NCBI GenBank assembly: GCA_035759745.1
Contig: DASTUF010000077.1
Location: 4,154-68,153, forward strand
Origin: Gemmatimonadales bacterium
GTDB lineage: Bacteria; Gemmatimonadota; Gemmatimonadetes; Gemmatimonadales; GWC2-71-9
Length of the DNA stretch: 64,000 nucleotides
Reading direction: 5' to 3'
Under the pieces are notes generated by a model. The model had not been told where the DNA came from. It did not search any database and saw only the letters and a program-made list of their open reading frames with translations. This document shows positions 47,289 through 56,295 of the stretch, in pieces; position 1 is the stretch's first letter, and each line of letters starts with the position of its first letter. A program made the position numbers and the translations under genes.

Positions 47289-48795
47289 GCCGCTCGAAAC
47301 GGTCGAAGTAGACTCGCCCAAACACCTCCTGCGGCGCCAGCTCGAGAACGAGCCAGGCGCCGTTCGCATGTGCCAGGGCCGAGTCCATGCGGGCCGCCAG
47401 CGCGGCGGTGTCGGCCAGCGACTGGCCGCTCCCCGACCCAAGGTCGGCCCGGCGCATCTCCAGCGGCCTCGGCAGGGGCACGAGGCGCGCGGGTCCGTGA
47501 TACTCAAGAGCGAGCGCCGCGGCGAGGCTCGAACGATAGACCAGTATCACATCGCCGACGGAGGCCTCCCGATCCAGCACCTCGGCCACGTCGCGGGCAT
47601 ATCCCGTCTTGGCCAGGGGCGCCCACTGCACCGCGGACACTCCCAGCCCGCCCGCAACGAGCAGCGCCAGCGCGGAACGCCGCACCCATGGCGCGGCGGC
47701 CGAGAGTATCACTGCAAGCGCGGCAAGCGACGGCGGCACCAGTATGATCAGGTGTCGCTCCGCCAGCAGATGGTCCGGGATCCGGAACCGCAGCAGCATG
47801 AACAGCAGGACCAGCGCCGCTGGCAGCAGTAGCAGGCCCGCCAGCTCGCGCGACCTCACGCGCCACGCCTGCCGCAACGCCAGGCCGAGCAGCACCACCA
47901 GCGCGAACCGCACTCCCCAGACACCTGCGCGCCGGGGAAGCCCCGGCGGCAATACCCGGCCGACGGCTTCCATCGGCGGCAGCACCAGCGTCTCCACCCG
48001 GTGTACCGCGAAGGCGAAGGCTGCGGCGGGTGAGGCGGTGTCGGCGCCGGGTGCGGGATCGGCGCCGTGAAGCCGCATCTGTTCCGGAACGTTCACCAAC
48101 AGGGGCGACACCACGATGCCCACCACCAGCATCAGCCCCGCATATCGAGCCAGGTGGCGCCAGCCCCTGGCAGCGAGCACCGCCGGAGCGCCAGCCAGGA
48201 GCAGGAACCCGGTGTAGTACTGCGTGGCCAGCAGCAGGCTGGAGAGCACCACCACCCCCGCCGCGCCCACTCGTCGCCCCTCACCCTCCGCAGGCAGGGG
48301 CGTGAGGAACTCCCGCCAGAACAGGCAGACCCAGCTAATGCCCAGAAACACTGTCAGACCATAGACCCGGGCCTCGGCAGCAGCCCAGAGCGCGATCGGG
48401 CTGGTGGCGAGCAACAGGGCCAGGAGGCGCTTCGGGCTGGGGGCTCGGTGGGTCGACCCATCCGACGGCAGGAGCTGGCGGCCCGCGACCAGGATCGCGC
48501 CCGCTACCGCCACGACCGAAAGCATCCTGGCCCAGAAGACGCTTCCGGAGAGGAACCGCCAGACCGATAGCAGCACGAAGTACAGCGGGGGCTGGAGCTC
48601 GAAGTCCCGGGCGCGGACCACCGCCTCGACCGGCCCGTGACCGGCGGTCGACAGGGCCATGGCCTCGTCTCCCCAGGCGCCCACAACAAGGCTGAGCGTC
48701 CCGGCGACGAGCGCAAACACGCCGGCGAGAAGGATCGCAGATCCGCGGTTTTTCCACACGGCCGCGTGCTCTTGCTTCGGGATATCCTCGGGCAC
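47209..48795 (-). CDS. GT-C fold glycosyltransferase, ArnT/PMT_2-like (polyprenyl-phosphate-sugar dependent)
   Basis: 528 aa with at least 10 TM segments. First-loop WGDEAM (DE motif) and ELQPPLYFVLL, as in the ArnT/GT39/GT83 families. C-terminal soluble domain. Confidence 0.78.
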   Translation of the reverse strand: MPEDIPKQEHAAVWKNRGSAILLAGVFALVAGTLSLVVGAWGDEAMALSTAGHGPVEAVVRARDFELQPPLYFVLLSVWRFLSGSVFWARMLSVVAVAGAILVAGRQLLPSDGSTHRAPSPKRLLALLLATSPIALWAAAEARVYGLTVFLGISWVCLFWREFLTPLPAEGEGRRVGAAGVVVLSSLLLATQYYTGFLLLAGAPAVLAARGWRHLARYAGLMLVVGIVVSPLLVNVPEQMRLHGADPAPGADTASPAAAFAFAVHRVETLVLPPMEAVGRVLPPGLPRRAGVWGVRFALVVLLGLALRQAWRVRSRELAGLLLLPAALVLLFMLLRFRIPDHLLAERHLIILVPPSLAALAVILSAAAPWVRRSALALLVAGGLGVSAVQWAPLAKTGYARDVAEVLDREASVGDVILVYRSSLAAALALEYHGPARLVPLPRPLEMRRADLGSGSGQSLADTAALAARMDSALAHANGAWLVLELAPQEVFGRVYFDRFERLIRRRFRPSPPVATFPGVQVRHLSGR

Positions 48796-49059
48796 GATTT
48801 CCTGGTTGTGGAAAAATGAAAGTGCCCAGTCACGGGCGATGGCCGAGTCCCTAGGTCGGACGTAACTCTACTTCACGTGTTACTTCAAGTCGACCTTGGC
48901 AACCATTGGTATCACCATAACTTGAAACACTTCACACCACAACAATTCTCGCGTTGCGACAGTGGCGACACTGGTCGAATTGGGCGACACCAAGATGGAT
49001 TTTCCACGGAATCAACAGCGATTTCTGCTTAATTCAGGCAGTCCACAACCCGATGTTGA

Positions 49060-49851
49060 TCACTCGGGGTAGCTCACCTCGACACTGCCCCGCTCGACCG
49101 AAAGCCAGGTGCTGGGCCATCGAATGGGGGATGACTGCAGCAGCACTGCCAGGAGCCCGTCGCCGGTGACTGTCAGAGTCCCGGACATCCTCCCTCCCCC
49201 GTTGGCGGGTAGCTGGAGCGTGAGGGTGGTGGGGAGCGCCGTCGGAGTGAGAAGCCGCCAGCGGGATTCGATGCTGGAGGCCGAGTCGGCCGGGAGGACC
49301 GTGCCATCCCAGCGAAGCCAGGTCTCGTCAATCCGGGACCGGCTCAGGGTGGTACCGCTGACCGAGTCCACCTGGAAGTCGGATTCGAAGGTCTCGACTT
49401 CGGCCCGATCCGAGAGCCCGGTACGCCGGAGCAACGAGCCGCTGGTGGCGAAAAGTATGGTCCGGGCGCCGGGGTCATCCTCGGCGCCAATGCGCCAGAA
49501 CAGGAGCCCCTGGAGCCGGTCGTCGTCGTGGTAGCGACGCCCCGCCGCCCAGATGGTCCCAACATGGGCCAGGCAGAGCCGCGAGGGCACCCAGGCGCCA
49601 TACTGCGGCTCGCCTTCGACCAGCCGCGCCAACACCGGCTCCGGGGCGCTGGAGGCTGAGATGGGCGCCAGCGACGTGCGGGTGGAAGGTGCGAGCCTCA
49701 GGCTGTCGGGATGGATCAGGAAGTCGGTACAGAAGCCGCCGCGCACGGCTTCGAGCAGCCATGGCGCGGCGGCCTCCTGGGCCGGGAGCTGTCCGGCGGC
49801 CAGGGATATCCCCAGGGCCGCGAGAGCGAGGCCCCGAATGGTGAGGGTCAC
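49060..49851 (-). CDS. Secreted hypothetical protein
   Basis: 263 aa. Signal peptide TLTIRGLALAALGISLAAGQLPAQE. GTG start in a GTGA overlap with the peroxiredoxin stop. Confidence 0.55.
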   Translation of the reverse strand: MTLTIRGLALAALGISLAAGQLPAQEAAAPWLLEAVRGGFCTDFLIHPDSLRLAPSTRTSLAPISASSAPEPVLARLVEGEPQYGAWVPSRLCLAHVGTIWAAGRRYHDDDRLQGLLFWRIGAEDDPGARTILFATSGSLLRRTGLSDRAEVETFESDFQVDSVSGTTLSRSRIDETWLRWDGTVLPADSASSIESRWRLLTPTALPTTLTLQLPANGGGRMSGTLTVTGDGLLAVLLQSSPIRWPSTWLSVERGSVEVSYPE

Positions 49852-50438
49852 CCCTTGGCTGCTGCCTGGACCGCCGCCTTGAGTTTGTCGTAGGCGGTGG
49901 CATCAAGAGCCCCGAACCGCATGTCCCGGTAGATCACCCGGCCTTCCGCGTTGATCACGAACACGGTCCGGCGGGGATAGTTCTCACCCTGGCTGCCGTA
50001 CAGCCGGGCTACCCGCTGGCTGGGGTCGCTCAGGAGCCGGAAGGGGAGGTCCAGGCTGGCCGCGAACCGCTGGTGACTCTCGAGCGAGTCAGCGCTGATG
50101 CCCACTACGACCGCATCACCGAACAGCTCCTCGAACCGCTCGCCAAACGCCTTCATCTCGGCGGTGCAGCCGCTGGTGAAGTCCTTGGGGTAGAAGGCGA
50201 GCACAACCACCTGGCCGACGTGCCGCTGCAGGATGAAATCGTCCGCCATGGGGCCGATGGAATCGGTGCTGGCCCAGGGAAGCCGAAAATTGGGTGCCAT
50301 GTCGCCAGTGCCCGGGCCCGACTCGAACCTGGCGACCGGCTGGCTGGGGCGATTGGCCGGCTGCGGTGCCTGCTCCTGCGCCGAGAGGGAACCGGCCGCA
50401 GTGGCCGAGAACATCAACGAGAACACGATGCTGCGCAT
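49848..50438 (-). CDS. Secreted peroxiredoxin (AhpC/TSA, Bcp-like)
   Basis: MRSIVFSLMFSATAAGSLSAQE signal peptide, then VVLAFYPKDFTSGCTAE with the peroxidatic Cys. ATG 50438 chosen inside the track ORF. Confidence 0.82.
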   Translation of the reverse strand: MRSIVFSLMFSATAAGSLSAQEQAPQPANRPSQPVARFESGPGTGDMAPNFRLPWASTDSIGPMADDFILQRHVGQVVVLAFYPKDFTSGCTAEMKAFGERFEELFGDAVVVGISADSLESHQRFAASLDLPFRLLSDPSQRVARLYGSQGENYPRRTVFVINAEGRVIYRDMRFGALDATAYDKLKAAVQAAAKG

Positions 50439-50439
50439 C

Positions 50440-50966
50440 TCAGTTTTCCTTCCTGCCGGGAGTCTGCCGCTCCGCCACCTGGCGCAGGGCAGGTTCGAGG
50501 TTCTGGGTGCCGCCCAGGCCGGTGTAGACCACCCGGCCATCGGCGTCCGCGATCATGATCCAGGACGTCGCGGGCGGGCCGTAGGCCCTGGCCGCCACGC
50601 CGCTGGAGTCGTACAGGGCCCGAAATGGCGGGGCTTCGTCCTTCATGTACTGGCGCACGCCGTCGAGAGTTTCGGCGATGGTCACATTGATCCCGATGAA
50701 CTCCACGGCATCGCCGTAGGCCTCATGCGCGGCCCAAAGCCGCGGCAGCATCGCCTGGCAGGAAGTGCACCACGTCGCCCAGAACTCGACGAGTACGGGC
50801 CGCTTGCCCAACACATCAGCCAGATCGTAAGAGCCCCCCTCGAGATCGGGCACGACCACAGCTGGGGCGACATCCCCCACCGCCACCAGAGCGTCCTCCT
50901 GCGCGGCCAGCGGTGTCACCGCCAGGAACAGGAAGCACCACGAGACCGCGAGTCCACGAAAGCATC

Positions 50967-50970
<4 letters not shown>
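50440..50970 (-). CDS. TlpA/ResA-like periplasmic thiol:disulfide oxidoreductase
   Basis: 176 aa. Signal peptide and [14 protein letters not shown] thioredoxin-fold CxxC. Confidence 0.82.
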
Positions 50971-52253
<1,283 letters not shown>

Positions 52254-52289
52254 GCAGGAAATATACTGCAACCGTAACTGGTTGCGGGG

Positions 52290-53123
52290 TCAGTCAGTCC
52301 GCCTCCAGCAGGAAAGGACGAGATCGCCGGTGAAGTATGGCACGCAGAGGCTTCCCGCCCTGACGAGGCGCCGTGCGACACCTGGCGCCAGGATCTCGGC
52401 GCCCCGCGCCAGCGGTATCCATTTGGCAGCACGACGCCAGAGTATTTCCCGGAAGCTGCTTCCCAGAAGCGTCCGCAATCCACGGCGAGTGTAGTAATAC
52501 GGCACCAGCGGCGACCACTGATGCCAGCGCGAGCCCAGCAGCCGGGCCGCCATCGACTCCGCATTCCAGGTCTCGATCAGCAGGATGCCGCCGGGGCGCA
52601 CCAGCTGCGCCAGCCGCTCCGCTACCGCCGCTGGCTGGGTAAGGTGCTCCAGCACGTTGACCATCGTTACGACGTGCAATGCCGGAGTGCTCGCGGGCAG
52701 CGAGATCACGTCGCCCACCGTTACCGCGCCCGCTATCCGCCGCCGAGCCTCCCGGGCCATGCCCGGCGAGGGCTCGATACCTGACACCACCCAGCCCGCA
52801 GCTTCGGCCTCCGCCAGCAGGAAGCCTGCGGCGCAGCCCACATCCACGAGAGTGCGGCCCCCCGGATCCAGCCGAGCCAGGGTTTCGAGATAGCGTCGTG
52901 CCTGGCGCCGAGCAGCCGGTTCGATCGCGAGGTAGTCGCGATAGCCGTCGCGGTGGCCACCCTGGAAGTAGGAATCCTGAAAGCCATCGAGGAGCGAGTC
53001 CCGACCGGGCTCGGGCTCAAGGCACGTCACGCCGCAGGAACTGCAACGGGCGAGGGCGAGACCGCGCATCGGATGTCGAGCCTGCAATCGGCCGACCCTG
53101 CACACCCTGCAGGTGGACCTCAG
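52290..53123 (-). CDS. Class I SAM-dependent methyltransferase with N-terminal CxxC...CxxC zinc ribbon
   Basis: Motif I VDVGCAAGFLL. The track ORF starts at GTG 53105 (V-CRVG..), but the frame is open upstream and reads L-R-S-T-C-R-V-C-R-V..(14)..C-S-S-C-G. A full zinc ribbon therefore needs a start upstream of 53111. The only candidate is CTG 53123, in a CTGA overlap with the hydrolase stop. Confidence 0.75.
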   Translation of the reverse strand: MRSTCRVCRVGRLQARHPMRGLALARCSSCGVTCLEPEPGRDSLLDGFQDSYFQGGHRDGYRDYLAIEPAARRQARRYLETLARLDPGGRTLVDVGCAAGFLLAEAEAAGWVVSGIEPSPGMAREARRRIAGAVTVGDVISLPASTPALHVVTMVNVLEHLTQPAAVAERLAQLVRPGGILLIETWNAESMAARLLGSRWHQWSPLVPYYYTRRGLRTLLGSSFREILWRRAAKWIPLARGAEILAPGVARRLVRAGSLCVPYFTGDLVLSCWRRTD

Positions 53124-53872
53124 CTCACCCAGCTCCTCACCGCGCCCAGCACATCCTCGCGCACGTCATAGTAGATGCCCATGGCGTGGGCCGCGCCGGG
53201 GACGATGCGGGTCGTCACGTGCACCAGCCCGACGCTCCAGCGACGGACGTTGTCGGCGCCCTCGAAGGCATCATCGGCCGACGAGGCAAGGAGCGCCGGC
53301 CACGCCGCGGCGGAGAGCGCCGCGCGAATCCGCTCGTGGGCGTCGTCTCCGTGCGCAGCGGCGCCGGCCGCGCCCAGGGTCAGCACTCCTCGCAGACCCT
53401 TCACGGACGGCGCTGCCAGCAGCGCCCCGGTGCCGGCGACGCTCGCGCCACCGAGGAGCAGCCGACTCCCATCGATGAAGTTCTGGACCGCGCCCCATGC
53501 TGCCACGCGCAGGATATCGTCGGCGATTCTCCGGAACTCCACCCTCTGGATGGAACCCACGAAGGCATGGTAGAACGCCATTTCGTCGAAATCGCGTGGA
53601 GTGTCGATGACGACCAGTCCGTCGGGCCCACGAACCGACTCGCCGTGGCCCCGCTGGTCGAACGCCAGCACGGCGACCCCCAGACCAAGCAGGTCGGAGC
53701 GGAGCGGGGCCCAGGTGTCCCGGGTGCCGGGATACTGGTGCGCCAGGACCGCCAGAGGCCAGCCGCCTGCAGGCGGCACTCCGGCGGGATAGTCCAGGCG
53801 GCCCGCGAGGAGCAGCCCGTCGCCGGCCAGCACCGTCATCGTCAGCGGTGCGAGATCCGGCGCGCGGCTCAC
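53120..53872 (-). CDS. Alpha/beta hydrolase (dienelactone hydrolase-like)
   Basis: 250 aa. ..LAHQYPGTRDTW..AFDQRGHGES..LLLGGASVAGTGA.. Confidence 0.7.
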   Translation of the reverse strand: MSRAPDLAPLTMTVLAGDGLLLAGRLDYPAGVPPAGGWPLAVLAHQYPGTRDTWAPLRSDLLGLGVAVLAFDQRGHGESVRGPDGLVVIDTPRDFDEMAFYHAFVGSIQRVEFRRIADDILRVAAWGAVQNFIDGSRLLLGGASVAGTGALLAAPSVKGLRGVLTLGAAGAAAHGDDAHERIRAALSAAAWPALLASSADDAFEGADNVRRWSVGLVHVTTRIVPGAAHAMGIYYDVREDVLGAVRSWVS

Positions 53873-54150
53873 GTCAGACCCAGCTGTTGTACCAGACGCT
53901 CGAACTCGGGCGCGGCGATCTCGCCACTGTCCCTGAGCGGCGTGAGCGCGGCCATGATCTCGGCCCGGCTGCCCTCGATCCGCCGGTCCCGCAGCTCGGA
54001 AATCATCCGCGCAAACCGGTGCTCGTACTCGTCGCGCTCGAGCTCACCGTTCGAGCGAGCTTCGGTGAGGCGACGGAGCTCCTCGGCCACCCGCGCTGCG
54101 GGAACCGGCTTGAGAGCACCCTTCGGTTCATTCGACATGTCGGGCTCCAA
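53869..54150 (-). CDS. Small hypothetical protein
   Basis: 93 aa, high GC3, ATGA-type overlap with the hydrolase start. Helical, charged (ELERDEYEHRFARMISELRDRR). Confidence 0.5.
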   Translation of the reverse strand: MEPDMSNEPKGALKPVPAARVAEELRRLTEARSNGELERDEYEHRFARMISELRDRRIEGSRAEIMAALTPLRDSGEIAAPEFERLVQQLGLT

Positions 54151-54232
54151 AAAAGAGAAAAGACACCGGCCGGACCGGCTCCCAAGTTTCGTGGAGCCGA
54201 GGCCCGGCCGTCAACTCATCCGGCTATTGCGC

Positions 54233-54511
54233 TTACGCCGATTGCGCCCGGCGCGGCTCGGCGGCGTTGGCGTCGCCGGCGCGGGTCCGGAGGTCCGACG
54301 TATCGCCTCGGGTCCAGCCCCCTCTGAAGTCGAAGTGCTCTTCAGCAAGGAGCCTCTCCCCCAGCCGCACGATGCCGGTCAGCTGGAGATGCCAGAACAG
54401 CATGCGCGCTCCCACCTCGGCGGCCGGCGTCCAGACGCCAGGCGAAACCGGAGGATACAGGTGCGCGAATTCAGCCTTGAGGCGGGCTTCCCGGATGGAA
54501 CAATGCATCAT
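54233..54511 (-). CDS. Hypothetical protein
   Basis: 92 aa from ATGATG at 54511 (MMHCSIREARLKAEFAHLYPPVSPGVWTPAAEVG...). High GC3. The upstream part of track ORF 54233..54847 overlaps the next gene and was discarded. Confidence 0.45.
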   Translation of the reverse strand: MMHCSIREARLKAEFAHLYPPVSPGVWTPAAEVGARMLFWHLQLTGIVRLGERLLAEEHFDFRGGWTRGDTSDLRTRAGDANAAEPRRAQSA

Positions 54512-54615
54512 CGCTCCCGCTGGCGCGTGGTGAGCTGTGCCGTCGCTTCCGTGGTGCCGAGGACGCCGATTGTCGTTGGGGTGCTTCCCAAGATACTCCC
54601 GCGCCGACGGGGGCA

Positions 54616-55023
54616 TCAAGCGGGCGACGTCAGCAGCCGCTGCACCGAGGCGTGGGCCATCACCACGGCCGGGTCGCGCTGCAGCGCGTCGTGGTAGTGC
54701 GACGGGAAATCCCCGCCCTCCTCGTCGGCCCGCATGAGTTCCCGAGCCTGCTCCAGCAGTGACTCGGGCGCTGGCACCCCCGGCTCCGCGTCCGGATCCA
54801 TCCGCTCGTCCATCGCCACGATCAGCGACGACATGGGCCGCAGCCACGCGAACCAGGGATCGTGCAGCACCAGCTGCAACAGGTCCGCGCTCGACGCCAC
54901 CCGGCCATTGAGGCGCTCGTAGCGCACCCGCTCCGACTCGAGCAGGGCGCGATGCAGGTGCATCATGGCGTGCCGCGTAGCGGCCAGGCGTTTGACAGTA
55001 TCAGATGGTGTGGCGTCAGACAT
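54616..55023 (-). CDS. Hypothetical protein
   Basis: 135 aa, strong GC3 bias, ATG start. No domain recognised. Confidence 0.55.
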   Translation of the reverse strand: MSDATPSDTVKRLAATRHAMMHLHRALLESERVRYERLNGRVASSADLLQLVLHDPWFAWLRPMSSLIVAMDERMDPDAEPGVPAPESLLEQARELMRADEEGGDFPSHYHDALQRDPAVVMAHASVQRLLTSPA

Positions 55024-55029
55024 GCGGAC

Positions 55030-55090
55030 AGGGGTTGGGTCATTGGGAACATACTAGGGGTTGGGGGCCAGGGGTTAGGGGTTAGGGGTT
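55030..55090. repeat. Degenerate heptamer tandem repeat, AGGGGTT family
   Basis: aggggtt gggtcat tgggaac atact aggggtt gggggcc aggggtt aggggtt aggggtt. It is followed by the small hairpin gcttc-agcctc-gaagc and cgaagct x2, up to the RidA stop. Confidence 0.75.
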
Positions 55091-55115
55091 GGCTTCAGCC
55101 TCGAAGCTCGAAGCT

Positions 55116-55676
55116 CTAGTAGCTGGTCCCCGATCCATTCCCGCGCATCCCTGCCCGTTCGCGGTCCGGGAATTCGCTCCGCAGGATGGCGATGCCGTCC
55201 ACTGCCACCCGCATCCCATCGCCCGGAAGCCGGTCCACGCCCACAATGGTGATGGCCGGCGCGGGATTCTCGGGAAATGCGCCGCTCGCGGCCTCGCGCA
55301 CCGCCTGGGCATCGGCCTCGGTGAGGTCGGTCACGTAGAACGTGAGCTTGAGCACGTCACCGGGAAGGCCCCGCGCCGAGCGGACCAGGCGGAGCAGGTT
55401 GCCCACGGCCTGGCGGCTCTGGGCACCCACGTCGCCTGGGCCCACCAGCCGCGCCGCGGAGTCGAGTGGCGCCTGCCCCGAGAGAAAGAGCGTCAGCCCC
55501 CGCTTCACCGCGGAACTGAATCCGGGTATGGCCGGGACCGAGTCGTTATGAATGGCGATCGGCTGGATCGGGGCGGGCACGAAGCCGGCGTTGCGCTGAA
55601 TCGGGGTGCTGTTGCACGCCGGCAAGAGCAACATCGCTGCCAGTGAGGCAGCGCCAAGGCGGTACGAACGGCGCAT
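55116..55676 (-). CDS. RidA/YjgF-family protein with lipoprotein signal
   Basis: MRRSYRLGAASLAAMLLLPACNS lipobox from ATG 55676. LFLSGQAPLD...GAQSRQAVGNLLRLV...LKLTFYVTD. The N-terminal extension of the track ORF (..LPTSHFPLPTPHSPLPTSHF..) is translated heptamer repeat. Confidence 0.78.
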   Translation of the reverse strand: MRRSYRLGAASLAAMLLLPACNSTPIQRNAGFVPAPIQPIAIHNDSVPAIPGFSSAVKRGLTLFLSGQAPLDSAARLVGPGDVGAQSRQAVGNLLRLVRSARGLPGDVLKLTFYVTDLTEADAQAVREAASGAFPENPAPAITIVGVDRLPGDGMRVAVDGIAILRSEFPDRERAGMRGNGSGTSY

Positions 55677-55755
55677 GAAGCGGGGGCTCTCCCAAAGAGG
55701 ACTGGAGCAACGTAGTTGCCTTGGTGACGGGGAGACAACTGGGAGGTGCACAACT

Positions 55756-55832
55756 GAGAAGTGGGAAGTGGGAAGTGGGGAGTGGGGAGTGGGAAGTGGG
55801 AAGTGGGAAGTGGGAAGTGAGAAGCGAGAAGT
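55756..55832. repeat. Pure direct tandem array, 11 x 7 nt, GGGAAGT/GGGGAGT family
   Basis: gagaagt (gggaagt)x2 (ggggagt)x2 (gggaagt)x4 gagaagc gagaagt. No inverted arm nearby. Confidence 0.9.
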
Positions 55833-55842
55833 ATCACGGGCG

Positions 55843-56123
55843 TCAGCCCGCACGGGTTACTACGAACCCCTCCACTCGCGCCGCATCCGCCAGCCGCTGG
55901 TCCAGCGTGACGAATGCCAGCGCATCGGGGTGGTTGTCTCCGGCCACTCCAGCTTCGCCATTCGAGCCTCGTCCGCCTCGCTGGGTGCCTCCGGTGGCGC
56001 GACCGGCCCTTGCGCTGCCACCGGAACATCTCGGTCGCCGCTGAGGCTCCGCACCCGGCGCAATACCCTGGCTAGAAGGGCGCCGAGCTGGCTCCTGGCC
56101 CGAGAAATGGAATACGAACGCAT
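55843..56123 (-). pseudogene. Remnant of a Phd/VapB-type antitoxin plus the C-terminal ~30 codons of a PIN (VapC) toxin
   Basis: The frame from ATG 56123 reads MRSYSISRARSQLGALLARVL..GDRDVPVAA.., an antitoxin-like N-terminus. A different frame ends ..PDALAFVTLDQRLADAARVEGFVVTRAG* (stop 55843), a typical PIN C-terminus lacking ~100 N-terminal residues. Confidence 0.4.
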
Positions 56124-56295
56124 CTCTCCAGAATAGCGAGTTTGAGGGGACTCCTCGCCTGCTGGCCCCGCCCGCTTCGCTCCGCCCAGCGTGACGACAG
56201 GCCCTACGCCCCACCAACGAAAACCCACCCCTTTCAGGGTGGGCTTCGTCGTCTGCGGGGGCCGGTGCGCCACGACGCGCCGGTGCGGGGTCAGT

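Noticed and set aside
55677-55853. N-terminal extension of the RidA-like ORF (..LPTSHFPLPTPHSPLPTSHF..), and similarly 20482-20652 ahead of the DUF4349 gene.
   Set aside because: These are translations of the tandem repeats. Proper signal peptides with ATG starts lie downstream.
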